Notes: a model not told the origin generated them from the letters alone. A stretch of DNA of 64,000 nt from Lysobacterales bacterium (GCA_027057345.1 JALUIX010000058.1:10564-74563); one strand, 5' to 3'. Positions 10,863 to 20,114 are shown, counted from the first letter of the stretch. Numbers and translations are program-made.

Positions 10863-11327
10863 TTATCGCCCCGCAATCTTGGCATCGGCCTGTGCAGGCT
10901 CACACAGCACGACGATTTCATCCAGTTGCAACATCTCATGCACCACTCGGGCATAATCGGCGATGCGCGGTGCGTCAGATTGCCGCCCCTTGTTGATAAT
11001 CTCGCAGCTTAATACGGACAACTCAGTGGGAGAAACAACGGAAATGGCTGACTTGCCCGAAGGCGTCAGGTTGAGGGCAAAACTCACCCCCTGCAAACTC
11101 TGCAGCCCATAATCGAGCGTCTGTTCCCGGGCCTGGGTAAGCTTGCCCTGCTCAATCAGTTCATGCACCTGATTCCAGTGCCGGGCGTCCACAATCCTCT
11201 GATTGACAGGCGCCTTGAACAGATAAGACGACCACACCACCCAGGCACCCAGCAAGAATCCGCCCAAGGCCACAACCACCAGGCTTATTCCGGTTAACCA
11301 TGCGGCTTTCTTCGACATTATTGCCAT
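10863..11327 (-). CDS. membrane-anchored hypothetical protein (paralog 2)
   Basis: Same architecture and conserved blocks as 10247-10738. GGAGG lies 8 nt upstream of ATG 11327. Confidence 0.6.
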   Translation of the reverse strand: MAIMSKKAAWLTGISLVVVALGGFLLGAWVVWSSYLFKAPVNQRIVDARHWNQVHELIEQGKLTQAREQTLDYGLQSLQGVSFALNLTPSGKSAISVVSPTELSVLSCEIINKGRQSDAPRIADYARVVHEMLQLDEIVVLCEPAQADAKIAGR

Positions 11328-11392
11328 TGTTCTGTCCTCCAGTGTGAGTGGTGAGTATGCGCCTGAACCCCTCGTGAGTTCAAAGCGTGGGT

Positions 11393-12391
11393 TCAGGGCG
11401 CGGTGTTTTCGTCTTGTGGCTGCAACAATGTATCAGCCACGTGCCAGAATTGCCACTGGGCCGGATCCTCGGCCAGACGTTGGTTGAGGCTGTCCTGAAA
11501 CCGCTGCAACAAGGCCTGTCGGCTTTGACCGTGGCCCCGGCCAGGCCGTAACCGCAACAATCGTTGTCCACTCGCGTAATCAAACGCCACGGAAAACTCC
11601 ACAAAGTCACGACCATGCCGGGTGATCAAACGCGTGAAGCCGGCTTCCACCGGATAGCGCCAGCGCGAGTGTCCCATCTTCAGCCTGAAATTCTCCCCGG
11701 CTTCATCACTGGCGACTCGACCCGGAGCGTCCGCCATTAGCAGGGGGTGATTTTGGCTTTTTAGTAAACGTCGCGTCCCGGCCGCACGGCTTTCTTCGGG
11801 CTTTAGTGGCAAGGCATGCCCACCTGATAGGCGGTGATACTGTCGCCGTCGCAAACGAATATATAAGGCATTGAGAAGCCCGTATTCGCGCATGGGTAAT
11901 GGGGCTTCGCGATACAGAATCAATGGCGTGTGCCCTTGTTCCCGTAAGTGATGAATGCCCAGAAAACCCGCGCCCCAATGATTGCACAGAGCCAGGAAGC
12001 CTGAAGAATCCAGCCACTCCCCACCCTCTTCCACCTGGGTGATGGCACTGGCCTTGGCCGGTCGAAAACGAATCAGCCAGTAGTCTGCCTGATCCAACAA
12101 TCGCAACATCTTCTGTTTGCAAACAAAATCATCCCGGGCTTCCGTGCTCAGGGGGCCCAGAAAACGCTCTGCATTCCGCAGGCATGTGGGCATATAACGT
12201 CCGTATAACGGCGTTCGTTCCACCACCAACCGAAAAAGCCGGTAAGCCACCGGCCAGGGCAGCACCACGGCGGTGGCCGGAATCAGAAACAGTTCCAACG
12301 CATCGCGCACTTCGCGTTTGACAGCCCGCCAGGATGCCGTCAAACGGCGTCGCCAACGGGGGCTGTCTTGACCGGGTGGGCTCATGGTCAT
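11393..12391 (-). CDS. putative acyltransferase, distant LpxL/HtrB (lipid A acyltransferase) fold
   Basis: Blocks align by eye to LpxL. LPWPVAYRLFRL matches the N-terminal anchor, GFLALCNHWGAGFLG matches GIHFLTLELG, and DPAQWQFWH matches the C-terminal PEQYMWLHRRF. The start shares one base with the plsB stop (TGATG). Confidence 0.4.
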   Translation of the reverse strand: MTMSPPGQDSPRWRRRLTASWRAVKREVRDALELFLIPATAVVLPWPVAYRLFRLVVERTPLYGRYMPTCLRNAERFLGPLSTEARDDFVCKQKMLRLLDQADYWLIRFRPAKASAITQVEEGGEWLDSSGFLALCNHWGAGFLGIHHLREQGHTPLILYREAPLPMREYGLLNALYIRLRRRQYHRLSGGHALPLKPEESRAAGTRRLLKSQNHPLLMADAPGRVASDEAGENFRLKMGHSRWRYPVEAGFTRLITRHGRDFVEFSVAFDYASGQRLLRLRPGRGHGQSRQALLQRFQDSLNQRLAEDPAQWQFWHVADTLLQPQDENTAP

Positions 12392-14964
12392 CAGCGGTCG
12401 GTTTTGTGGTTTGATTTTTTGTCGTTTGTTTTGCGCCCTGAGTGATCGACGGCATCAATCGGTGGTGACGAACTGTTCCCGGACGGGACCTGGTCAGGCT
12501 GTTCCAGGGCGGGTTGACTGTTATCGCCGGTGTTGTCCGCTGAGGCTTTGGGCGGTTGCAGCAGGTACAGCACCGAATGCCGGATGCGCCGGGAAAGAAT
12601 TTTCTTGGCGCCGGTAAAAATGGGGTCCAGGTTGCGGGTAAAGGTGATTTTGCCCGCTTCGTCGGTGCGAATGATGTCCTGTGCCTTGAGGTTTCTGATA
12701 AACAGCTTGAACAGTGACTTGTCGAAAAAGTCCGGTGAATTGAACTCATACAGCAACGACAGTTTTTCCGCCGTCTTGTGGCACAGGTTTTCCAGTTCGG
12801 CGCTGGTGAGCGTGCCGGAACCGTGAATTTTCAGCACAGAGATCACAATAAAAAACCGTTCATAGGTTTGCATCAACCCTTCGGCCAGCACCCGCAGCTT
12901 GCCCGCCTGCAGGGAACCGCCCGGATGACGCTCCAGGGTCCGGCCTGCGGATTTCAACAGGTCCAGCTTGTGTAACAACTTGATGGTCTGACGGCCATAA
13001 CGAACAAACTCGTCAGCGTCCCACTTCAAAAACAGCTCGTCCTTGACGAAAGGATAGATGTCCCGCATCAACCGCAACAGCTCGCGCCGGGAAAACTGCC
13101 GCTGGTTGACAAAACACATGGCGATAAATGAACTGGCCGCAAACAGGTGCAGGATGTTGTTGCGGTAATAGGTCAGCAACACGCCCTGGCCGGGCCTGAC
13201 CCGGATCACATCGCCCAGATCGTGCGCGTGGCGTTCCAGAAAACCCAGTTTGATGCCACGCTCGATCATTTCCGCCGGGGTTTCTTCCGTGATGGTGACC
13301 TTTTCGTCATAGGGCAGTTGCCGCAACAATGCCACATACAGGGCCAGTTGTGCCTGCAAATTGGCCTCATCCGCTGCCCGGTTGGGCGTGGACAACAGCG
13401 CCAGGGCCAGCAGGTTGGTGGCATTGACATGTGCCGACTGGTTGATTCGGGTCATGATGTCGTGACTGACTTCCGAGACCACGTTTTTGAACCAATCCGG
13501 CTTTTCGTTGTGCGCCAGGGTCAGTTTTTTCCAGCCGGGTTTATGCTTGTCCAGGTAGGCATCCAGGTCAATGGATTGGCCGAAATTGACCGTCAACCTG
13601 CCGTATTCGTCCTTCAGCACCTTGCGTGCTTTTAACAAGCCGCCGAGGGTTTCCCGTTGCTTGCCCTTGCCGCCGAGTTCCTGCGAATAGGATGCGCCTT
13701 CCATGAGCTTTTCGTAGTTCAGGTGAATCGGCTGAAACATCAGCGGCTTGCTGCGATCGTTGATGTAACTGCGCACTGTCATGGCCAACATGCCGGCCTT
13801 GGGATGCAGCAGCCGCCCGGTGCGGCTGCGGGTGCCTTCGATAAAATACTCGATGGACACCCCGCGGGCCAGCAAGGCACTGAGGTATTCGGAAAAAATG
13901 GTCGCATACAAGGCGGAGTTGAATGAACGGCGCAGGAAAAACGCCCCGCCACGACGCAATAAACTACCCACCAGTGGCAAGTTCAGGTTAACGCCAGCGG
14001 CAATGTGCGGCGGCACCAGCCCGCGTTTGTACAGGGCGTAGGAAAGAATCAGATAATCAATGTGGCTGCGGTGACAAGGCGTGTAAATGACCTCATAGTC
14101 CGGCGCCTGAGCGCGGAATTCTTCAAAATGATTCAAGCGGATGCCGTCATACACCTTGTTCCAGAACCAGGTAAAAAACAGGTGCAACAGGCGGATCACC
14201 GAGTAGGAATAGTCCGCGGCAATTTCCCGAATAATCTTATTGGCCTCGGCATAGGCTTTTTCTTCACTGATGCCCTTGCGCCGGGCATAGTTTCTGATTT
14301 CTTCCCGCACCACGGGCCGGTTGAGGATGGTGCGGGCCACCGTGCGCCGGTGCGAAAGATCCGGCCCCACCACCGAGGTGCGAAGCCGGTAAAAGTGCAC
14401 CCGCAACACCCGGGAAATCTTGCGTGCCAGTTTTTCTGTGGCCTCTGAATCGGTCAGGGTTTTATCCAGCACGATTGGTTTGCTGAACCGGATCAGGGTG
14501 TGTTTGCCATGCACCAGCAAGGACATGAAGCGACGAAAACGGCTGGTGATGCCCCATTGCTCGGAAAAAAGGATCTTGAAAACGCCGCTTTCCTTTTGCG
14601 GTGCCCGGCCCAGAAACACCGATACCGGCACCAGCTGCACTTTCAGCCCGGGGTTTTCACCGACGCGTTGCAACAGGCCCTTGAGATTTTCCTCGAAAGT
14701 TCGGTACTCCGGCCGCCGGTTCCACAGCCCTTTCAAGCGCCGGTTGGCCATGATCGGCGGCACGCCCTTGAGTTGTTCATCAAAGCGGTCATAGGGCAGG
14801 CCACGCGCGGGCAGCTCTTTTTTGAGGATGGTGCGGGAGATGGACGAGTCTGTGTCCAGCACATAAACCACCGGCAAGGCCGGGTCAATCCCCAGTTCGC
14901 TGAAGTCTTCCGGAGCCTGGCTGGCTTTCACCCGCCAGTAAAACAAACGCGTCAATAAGGACAT
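12391..14964 (-). CDS. plsB: glycerol-3-phosphate 1-O-acyltransferase
   Basis: 857 aa with HRSHIDYLIL (HX4D) and YFIEGTRSRTGR blocks. Low-complexity C-terminal tail. Confidence 0.95.
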   Translation of the reverse strand: MSLLTRLFYWRVKASQAPEDFSELGIDPALPVVYVLDTDSSISRTILKKELPARGLPYDRFDEQLKGVPPIMANRRLKGLWNRRPEYRTFEENLKGLLQRVGENPGLKVQLVPVSVFLGRAPQKESGVFKILFSEQWGITSRFRRFMSLLVHGKHTLIRFSKPIVLDKTLTDSEATEKLARKISRVLRVHFYRLRTSVVGPDLSHRRTVARTILNRPVVREEIRNYARRKGISEEKAYAEANKIIREIAADYSYSVIRLLHLFFTWFWNKVYDGIRLNHFEEFRAQAPDYEVIYTPCHRSHIDYLILSYALYKRGLVPPHIAAGVNLNLPLVGSLLRRGGAFFLRRSFNSALYATIFSEYLSALLARGVSIEYFIEGTRSRTGRLLHPKAGMLAMTVRSYINDRSKPLMFQPIHLNYEKLMEGASYSQELGGKGKQRETLGGLLKARKVLKDEYGRLTVNFGQSIDLDAYLDKHKPGWKKLTLAHNEKPDWFKNVVSEVSHDIMTRINQSAHVNATNLLALALLSTPNRAADEANLQAQLALYVALLRQLPYDEKVTITEETPAEMIERGIKLGFLERHAHDLGDVIRVRPGQGVLLTYYRNNILHLFAASSFIAMCFVNQRQFSRRELLRLMRDIYPFVKDELFLKWDADEFVRYGRQTIKLLHKLDLLKSAGRTLERHPGGSLQAGKLRVLAEGLMQTYERFFIVISVLKIHGSGTLTSAELENLCHKTAEKLSLLYEFNSPDFFDKSLFKLFIRNLKAQDIIRTDEAGKITFTRNLDPIFTGAKKILSRRIRHSVLYLLQPPKASADNTGDNSQPALEQPDQVPSGNSSSPPIDAVDHSGRKTNDKKSNHKTDR

Positions 14965-15022
14965 GGGTTTCCCGTGAATATCCAGGGCCTGGCGGCGGAT
15001 CCAGCCTGGCCATAATCATTAG

Positions 15023-15183
15023 GGAAGCTCTGATTGAATCTGGCGCGAGCAGATTGTAATGAAAAATTGTTCAGTTCAAGGCGCAAATCGCACGCAATAG
15101 CAAGGCTATTGTGAAGGTTTGCAACGCAGAAATGGACGATTTTACGCTGCAAGATGCCGTGTCACGATTCGATCAGAGCTTCC
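15023..15183 (-). mobile_element. MITE copy C (subfamily 1, 161 bp)
   Basis: Perfect 4-bp direct duplication TTAG (15019-15022 and 15184-15187). Lies 58 bp upstream of the plsB ATG. Confidence 0.9.
15053..15079 (-). promoter_or_regulatory. candidate outward-facing sigma70 promoter inside MITE copy C, directed at plsB
   Basis: Minus strand reads TTGAAC-N15-TACAAT, about 90 nt upstream of the plsB ATG. Motif match only. Confidence 0.3.
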
Positions 15184-15191
15184 TTAGAGAC

Positions 15192-15224
15192 AAAAAAGCC
15201 GGAAAGGTTTATGCGCTTTCCGGC
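15192..15224 (-). terminator. rho-independent terminator of the lipoprotein gene
   Basis: Minus strand reads GCCGGAAAG-9 nt loop-CTTTCCGGC followed by TTTTTTG. Confidence 0.75.
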
Positions 15225-15246
15225 CGGTAAAGGTGTTTTTGTTTTC

Positions 15247-16137
15247 TCAGGGTTGTGTGTTTGGCTGGCTTTCCGGCTGTGGTGGCACCGGTGGCTTACC
15301 TGGCATGGGCGCAGGCGCCGGAATCCAGCGGCCATTCTTTTTGACCATTTTCATCTTCTGCTCCAGCGGTTTGCCCAGGAATTTGAAAGCCACCACCATG
15401 TCGGCCATGTCACCGTTTTGCTTGACGTCCTTGATTTTGACGCTGTCCATCATGCCATCCATGTCAATGCCGTAAACCTTCAGGGCCTGTTTGCTGCCAC
15501 CCAGCACCTTGCCTCCTGTGGCCAAGGCATCATCAAAGGAGAGCTTTTCCACGTCATCCAGGGATTTAATGCCCAAATCACGGGCCGTGCCAACAATCAC
15601 CGCCACGGCCTGACGGGCCTTTTCGGGGTTGCCCAGGTCGGCATTTTTGGCCCAGTCCACCACGGCCAGCGCCACGGCTTTGGCACTTTCCTTTTGGTCA
15701 TCAGGAATGGGCGCCTGGCTGATTTTCTGGTTAATCATGTCTTCATTGGCCATCATCAACATCATCGGCAGCATGGCCTGCACCTGTTGCAATTGCGGCT
15801 CCACCATGGCCATGATGCGCTCCTCGGCATCAGGGCTGGTCAGCATTTGCATAGTGGCAGCAAACTGTGCCTTGTCAGCTTCGCTGAATGTGGTTTTTTT
15901 CTTGGCCCATTCGGCCTTGGCCTGTTCGTATTCTTCTGGCGTCATATTGGCCTGCAGCAAGGCTTTCAGGTCGTTGTTTTTCATGGCATTCAGGTTGGCC
16001 ATGAAGGCGCCTTGAGGCGTGCTGGTGTCCATGGCGGCCAGCTTTTTGGCGGATCCGTTCTGGTTTTCGCCGGACTTGTCGCCACAGGCAGCCAGTAACA
16101 GGGCCACCAGGGCCAGGCTTAAAAGTTTCTTTAACAT
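15247..16137 (-). CDS. lipoprotein, unknown function
   Basis: MLKKLLSLALVALLLAAC lipobox. Pro-rich C-terminus. Start at ATG 16137 with GGAG 6 nt upstream. Confidence 0.7.
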   Translation of the reverse strand: MLKKLLSLALVALLLAACGDKSGENQNGSAKKLAAMDTSTPQGAFMANLNAMKNNDLKALLQANMTPEEYEQAKAEWAKKKTTFSEADKAQFAATMQMLTSPDAEERIMAMVEPQLQQVQAMLPMMLMMANEDMINQKISQAPIPDDQKESAKAVALAVVDWAKNADLGNPEKARQAVAVIVGTARDLGIKSLDDVEKLSFDDALATGGKVLGGSKQALKVYGIDMDGMMDSVKIKDVKQNGDMADMVVAFKFLGKPLEQKMKMVKKNGRWIPAPAPMPGKPPVPPQPESQPNTQP

Positions 16138-16362
16138 GTTCTGCTCCATCCGTTTCGGCTCGGTTTTTGGTTGTCTTCAGGTGAATGATTCTGCGGGTGA
16201 ACGACCGCTGCGTAGTGCCCTATGCACAAGCTGACCAGCGACCTCACCAGCACCTGCCGGTGAATGCCCCCCGCCTGCCATTATAAGCCATGCTTACCAG
16301 GCTGCCGTAAAATCTTGTTTCCAGCGCTCTACACAAGGACAATCACCGGATCACCCGCTGGC

Positions 16363-16692
16363 TCAGGCCGGTTCCAGGGTCACAGCAGTGCCTGACACGC
16401 AGACCATTAACATGCTGCCGTTTTGTGATCCGATGGTTTCGTAATCAATGTCGATGCCGACAATAGCGTTGGCGCCCAGTTCGCGCGCCTGTGCCATAAG
16501 TTCTTCGGTGGCCATGTCCCGGGCCTTGCGCAGTTCTTTTTCGTAAGCGGCCGAACGTCCGCCCACCAGGTCGCGGATACCGGCAAAGAAGTCCTTGAAA
16601 ATGTTGGCACCAAGAATGGCTTCAGCAGCCAGTACGCCGTGGTAATGAACGATGCGCTGGCCCTGAATTTGGGGGGTAGTGCTTAAAAGCAT
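16363..16692 (-). CDS. YbjQ/UPF0145-family protein
   Basis: 109 aa; the blocks [20 protein letters not shown] and [11 protein letters not shown] are typical of the family. Confidence 0.8.
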   Translation of the reverse strand: MLLSTTPQIQGQRIVHYHGVLAAEAILGANIFKDFFAGIRDLVGGRSAAYEKELRKARDMATEELMAQARELGANAIVGIDIDYETIGSQNGSMLMVCVSGTAVTLEPA

Positions 16693-16752
16693 GATCTTGT
16701 CCTCATTGATTGTAGGGTATCGTCAAAACACGGAGCTTTTACTATGGGTTAA

Positions 16753-16913
16753 GGAGCCTCTGATCGAATCGTGACATGGCATCTTGCGGCGTCAAATCGT
16801 CCATTTCTGCGTTGCAAACCTTCCCAATAGCCTTGCTATTGCGTGCGGCTTGCGCCTTGAACTGAACAATTTTCCACGACAATCTGCTCGCGCCAGATTC
16901 AATCAGAGGTTCC
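16753..16913 (+). mobile_element. MITE copy D (subfamily 1, 161 bp)
   Basis: Perfect duplication TTAA (16749-16752 and 16914-16917). The right-hand TTA is the hslU stop codon (TAA on the minus strand). Confidence 0.9.
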
Positions 16914-18248
16914 TTAAAGAATGTACCGGGACAGGTCTTCGTCTTCCACCAGCTGGTTCAAAACCTTGTCCACGTAGGCACGATCAATCACGTACTCCTG
17001 CCCGGCGTTGTCTGCGCCTTCAAAGGAAATGGCCTCCAGCAGGCGTTCCATAACGGTGTGCAACCGGCGTGCGCCGATGTTTTCGGTGCGTTCGTTGACC
17101 GACCATGAATATTCGGCAATGCGCTGGATGCCGTCTTCGGTAAAGCGCAACTGGACGCCTTCGGTACCGATCAAGGCCTGGTACTGCTCGGTCAGTGAGG
17201 CTTCCGGCTCGGTCAGAATGCGCTTGAAGTCTTCCGCAGTAAGGGCGCGCAACTCCACCCGGATGGGCAGGCGGCCCTGCAGTTCCGGAATCAGGTCGGA
17301 GGGCTTGGCCAGGTGAAAGGCGCCAGAAGCAATAAACAGCATGTGATCGGTCTTGACCGGGCCGTGACGGGTGCTGACGGTGGAGCCTTCAATCAGTGGC
17401 AACAGATCACGTTGCACGCCTTCACGCGACACGTCTCCGCCACCGGCTTCGGCGCGCTTGCAGACCTTGTCCAGTTCATCAATAAAAACTATGCCACTTT
17501 GCTCGGCCAGTTCAATGGCCTGTTGCTTGATTTCTTCTTCGTTAACCAGCTTGTTGGCTTCTTCCTCGATCAGTTGCGGGCGGGCGGCGGCGATTTTCAG
17601 TTTTTTGCGCTGTTTTTTGGCCCCGGCCAGGTTTTCAAACAGGCCTTGCAGCTGGGTGGTCATTTCTTCCATGCCTGGCGGCGCCATGATTTCCACGCCC
17701 ATGGACAGCGACACATCCAGTTCAATTTCCTTTTCGTCCAGTTCGCCGGCGCGCAGTTTCTGGCGGAATTTTTCCCGCGTGCGGCTGGTGTTTTCGTCCT
17801 CAGCGACCACCTCGCCAGGAAAAACCGGCGCCGGGCGCGGCAGCAATGCATCCAGTATCCGCTCCTCGGCGGCTTTTTCGGCCTGTGCCCGGACCTTGGC
17901 CGTGGCCTTTTCGCGTGTGAGCTTGATGGCACTGTCCACCAGGTCGCGAATGATGGATTCCACGTCTTTGCCAACATAGCCCACTTCGGTGAATTTGGTC
18001 GCTTCCACCTTGATGAACGGGGCTTCTGCCAAACTGGCCAGACGGCGCGCAATTTCGGTTTTGCCCACGCCGGTGGGGCCAATCATGAGGATGTTCTTGG
18101 GGGTGATTTCCCGCCGCAGTTCTTCGGGCAGTTGCATGCGCCGCCAACGGTTACGAAGCGCGATGGCCACGGCGCGTTTGGCATCGGCCTGGCCGATGAT
18201 GTGACGGTCCAGTTCGTGAACAATTTCACGTGGGGTCATGTTGGACAT
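16914..18248 (-). CDS. hslU: ATP-dependent protease ATPase subunit HslU
   Basis: [17 protein letters not shown]; P-loop [15 protein letters not shown]; C-terminal DLSRYIL. Confidence 0.97.
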   Translation of the reverse strand: MSNMTPREIVHELDRHIIGQADAKRAVAIALRNRWRRMQLPEELRREITPKNILMIGPTGVGKTEIARRLASLAEAPFIKVEATKFTEVGYVGKDVESIIRDLVDSAIKLTREKATAKVRAQAEKAAEERILDALLPRPAPVFPGEVVAEDENTSRTREKFRQKLRAGELDEKEIELDVSLSMGVEIMAPPGMEEMTTQLQGLFENLAGAKKQRKKLKIAAARPQLIEEEANKLVNEEEIKQQAIELAEQSGIVFIDELDKVCKRAEAGGGDVSREGVQRDLLPLIEGSTVSTRHGPVKTDHMLFIASGAFHLAKPSDLIPELQGRLPIRVELRALTAEDFKRILTEPEASLTEQYQALIGTEGVQLRFTEDGIQRIAEYSWSVNERTENIGARRLHTVMERLLEAISFEGADNAGQEYVIDRAYVDKVLNQLVEDEDLSRYIL

Positions 18249-18284
18249 GGGTTTTCCTGTGTTTGGGTGATGAGCCTGCGCGCA

Positions 18285-18842
18285 TCAGTCGATGCGCAGT
18301 TCTTCGATGGTCTGATTGCGGTTGGTATAAATGCAGATGTCCGCAGCGATATTGAGTGCCTCTGTGACAATCTCACGGGCACTGAGTTCCGGGTTCTGCA
18401 TCAGTGCCCGGGCCGCCGCCTGGGCATAGGGACCACCTGAACCAATGGCGATCAGGCCGTGTTCCGGCTCGATCACATCGCCATTGCCGGAAATAATCAG
18501 CGAGGTGTTTTTGTCCGCCACCGCCAGCAGCGCTTCCAGCTTGCCGTAGCGGCGTTCGGTGCGCCAGTCCTTGGCCATTTCCACCGCCGCCCGCACCAGG
18601 TGGCCGGAGTGTTTTTCCAGCTTGGCCTCGAACAGTTCGAACAGGGTAAAGGCATCGGCCGTGGCACCGGCAAACCCGGCCAGCACTTCATTGCGGTACA
18701 ACCGCCGAACCTTGCGCGCGTTGCTTTTCATGACGGTGTGACCCAGGGTCACCTGGCCGTCACCGCCTATCACCACGTGGTTGCCTCGACGGTAACCGAC
18801 AATGGTGGTGCCGCGGTAGTTAAGGGTGTTTGCTTCGCTCAT
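18285..18842 (-). CDS. hslV: ATP-dependent protease subunit HslV
   Basis: [10 protein letters not shown] (N-terminal Thr nucleophile region), GDGQVTLG, and adjacency to hslU. Confidence 0.95.
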   Translation of the reverse strand: MSEANTLNYRGTTIVGYRRGNHVVIGGDGQVTLGHTVMKSNARKVRRLYRNEVLAGFAGATADAFTLFELFEAKLEKHSGHLVRAAVEMAKDWRTERRYGKLEALLAVADKNTSLIISGNGDVIEPEHGLIAIGSGGPYAQAAARALMQNPELSAREIVTEALNIAADICIYTNRNQTIEELRID

Positions 18843-18886
18843 AGGGATTTCCTTAATGGGGGGAGGTATAGGTATGAGAGTTTTAG

Positions 18887-19045
18887 GGAAGCTCTGATTG
18901 AATCTTAACGAAGCAGGTTATGCCTGAAGTGGTCGAGAACAAGGCGAAGTTTGTAGCCAATAGCAAGCTATTGGCAAGGACTTCAACGCAGTTATCGGAC
19001 ATTTCAGGTGTGAGAAGCAAGTTCATGATTCGATTAGAGCTTTCC
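18887..19045 (-). mobile_element. MITE copy H (subfamily 2, 159 bp)
   Basis: Same terminal repeats (GGAAGCTCTGATTGAATC ... GATTCGATTAGAGCTTTCC) and the same apical CAATAGC..GCTATTG hairpin as subfamily 1. The arms between them differ. Left flank TTAG; right flank not duplicated. Confidence 0.75.
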
Positions 19046-19112
19046 CAGGCAATGGGGGCAGGCGGAGTCTTTTTCAAGCCGAAACCTGGTTTCTGTCTGT
19101 CAGCCTGCCCAC

Positions 19113-20096
19113 TTACCTGTCTGGGCTGTCCGAGCCCGCATCGGGCCGTTTTTTGCGGGCTCGTGGATGGGCCTCGTCATACACCCGCGCCAGGTGCTGA
19201 AAGTCCAGGTGGGTGTAGATCTGGGTGGTGGAAATGTCAGCATGACCCAGCATTTCCTGCACCGCGCGCAAGTCGCGACTGGATTCCAGTACGTGACTGG
19301 CGAATGAATGGCGCATCAAGTGCGGGTACACGCGTTGCCACAGGCCCTGCTGTTTGGCCCAGTAGCGCACCCTGTCCTGAATGCTGCGCGGCCGCAATGG
19401 TGTGCCACGCCGGGTCAGAAACACCGCGTCGGTGGACTGTTTGTCCCAGGTTTTGGCCAGCGGATACCACTGCGCCAAAGTCTGTAGCGCCTGCGAGCCC
19501 ACCGGCACCACGCGTTGCTTGCGCCCCTTGCCGGTGACACGGATAAATCCGCCACTGGTATCCAGATCCTGCCAGCGCGCACCGGCCAGTTCGCTCAAGC
19601 GCAGGCCGGAGGAATAGAAAAGCTCCAACATGGCCTTGTCGCGGATGGCCAGCGGGGTGCTGGCCGGAATGTCGAGCAAACGGGCCATGTCATCGGCATC
19701 CAGCACTTCCGGCAGACGCAACGGCACGCGCGGCGTGCTGAGCAAGGCACAGGGGTTGTGTTGCAGGCGGCCGTTTTCCCGCACAAATTCGAAAAAACGG
19801 GTGAGGCTGGAACGCAACCGGGCCAGCGAACGCGGCGACAGGCCATGCTGGTGACGATCGGCCAGCAGCGCGCTTAGTCGCTCGCCGTCTATTTCGTCAA
19901 TGGCGATGTCTTCAGCCAGGAAATCCGTTAATGCCTGCAGGTCGCGGCCATAAGCCTTGAGGGTGTTGGCCGACAGGCCACGCTGCTCGGTCAGTTCCCG
20001 CAGATAATGCTCAATCCAGTCGGGCAGGTTGTCTTTTGCAGTTCGCCCGGCTGGTGTCGAGCCTGGGTGATTGCCTGGATTCGGGTTTCTGGTCAT
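19113..20096 (-). CDS. xerC: tyrosine recombinase XerC
   Basis: HLMRHSFASH ... LGHADISTTQIYTH catalytic region. Conserved lptM-dapF-DUF484-xerC gene order. Confidence 0.9.
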   Translation of the reverse strand: MTRNPNPGNHPGSTPAGRTAKDNLPDWIEHYLRELTEQRGLSANTLKAYGRDLQALTDFLAEDIAIDEIDGERLSALLADRHQHGLSPRSLARLRSSLTRFFEFVRENGRLQHNPCALLSTPRVPLRLPEVLDADDMARLLDIPASTPLAIRDKAMLELFYSSGLRLSELAGARWQDLDTSGGFIRVTGKGRKQRVVPVGSQALQTLAQWYPLAKTWDKQSTDAVFLTRRGTPLRPRSIQDRVRYWAKQQGLWQRVYPHLMRHSFASHVLESSRDLRAVQEMLGHADISTTQIYTHLDFQHLARVYDEAHPRARKKRPDAGSDSPDR

Positions 20097-20114
20097 GGGC
20101 GCATCTGGCCGCCC

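Noticed and set aside
16784-17053. ORFs that run through the repeat elements and give a recurring peptide (for example ...IVHFCVANLPNSLAIACGLRLELNNF...). They also appear at 14952-15152, 4019-4219 and 53800-54081.
   Set aside because: Conservation is at the nucleotide level in both orientations. The reading frames start and end at different places in each copy and lack ribosome-binding sites. Some continue antisense into neighbouring genes. They are better explained as open frames within a MITE.
19113-20096. The tyrosine recombinase as a marker of a prophage or integrative element.
   Set aside because: It sits in the conserved housekeeping lptM-dapF-DUF484-xerC arrangement, with no phage, att-like or cargo genes nearby. 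It is best read as chromosomal dimer-resolution XerC.
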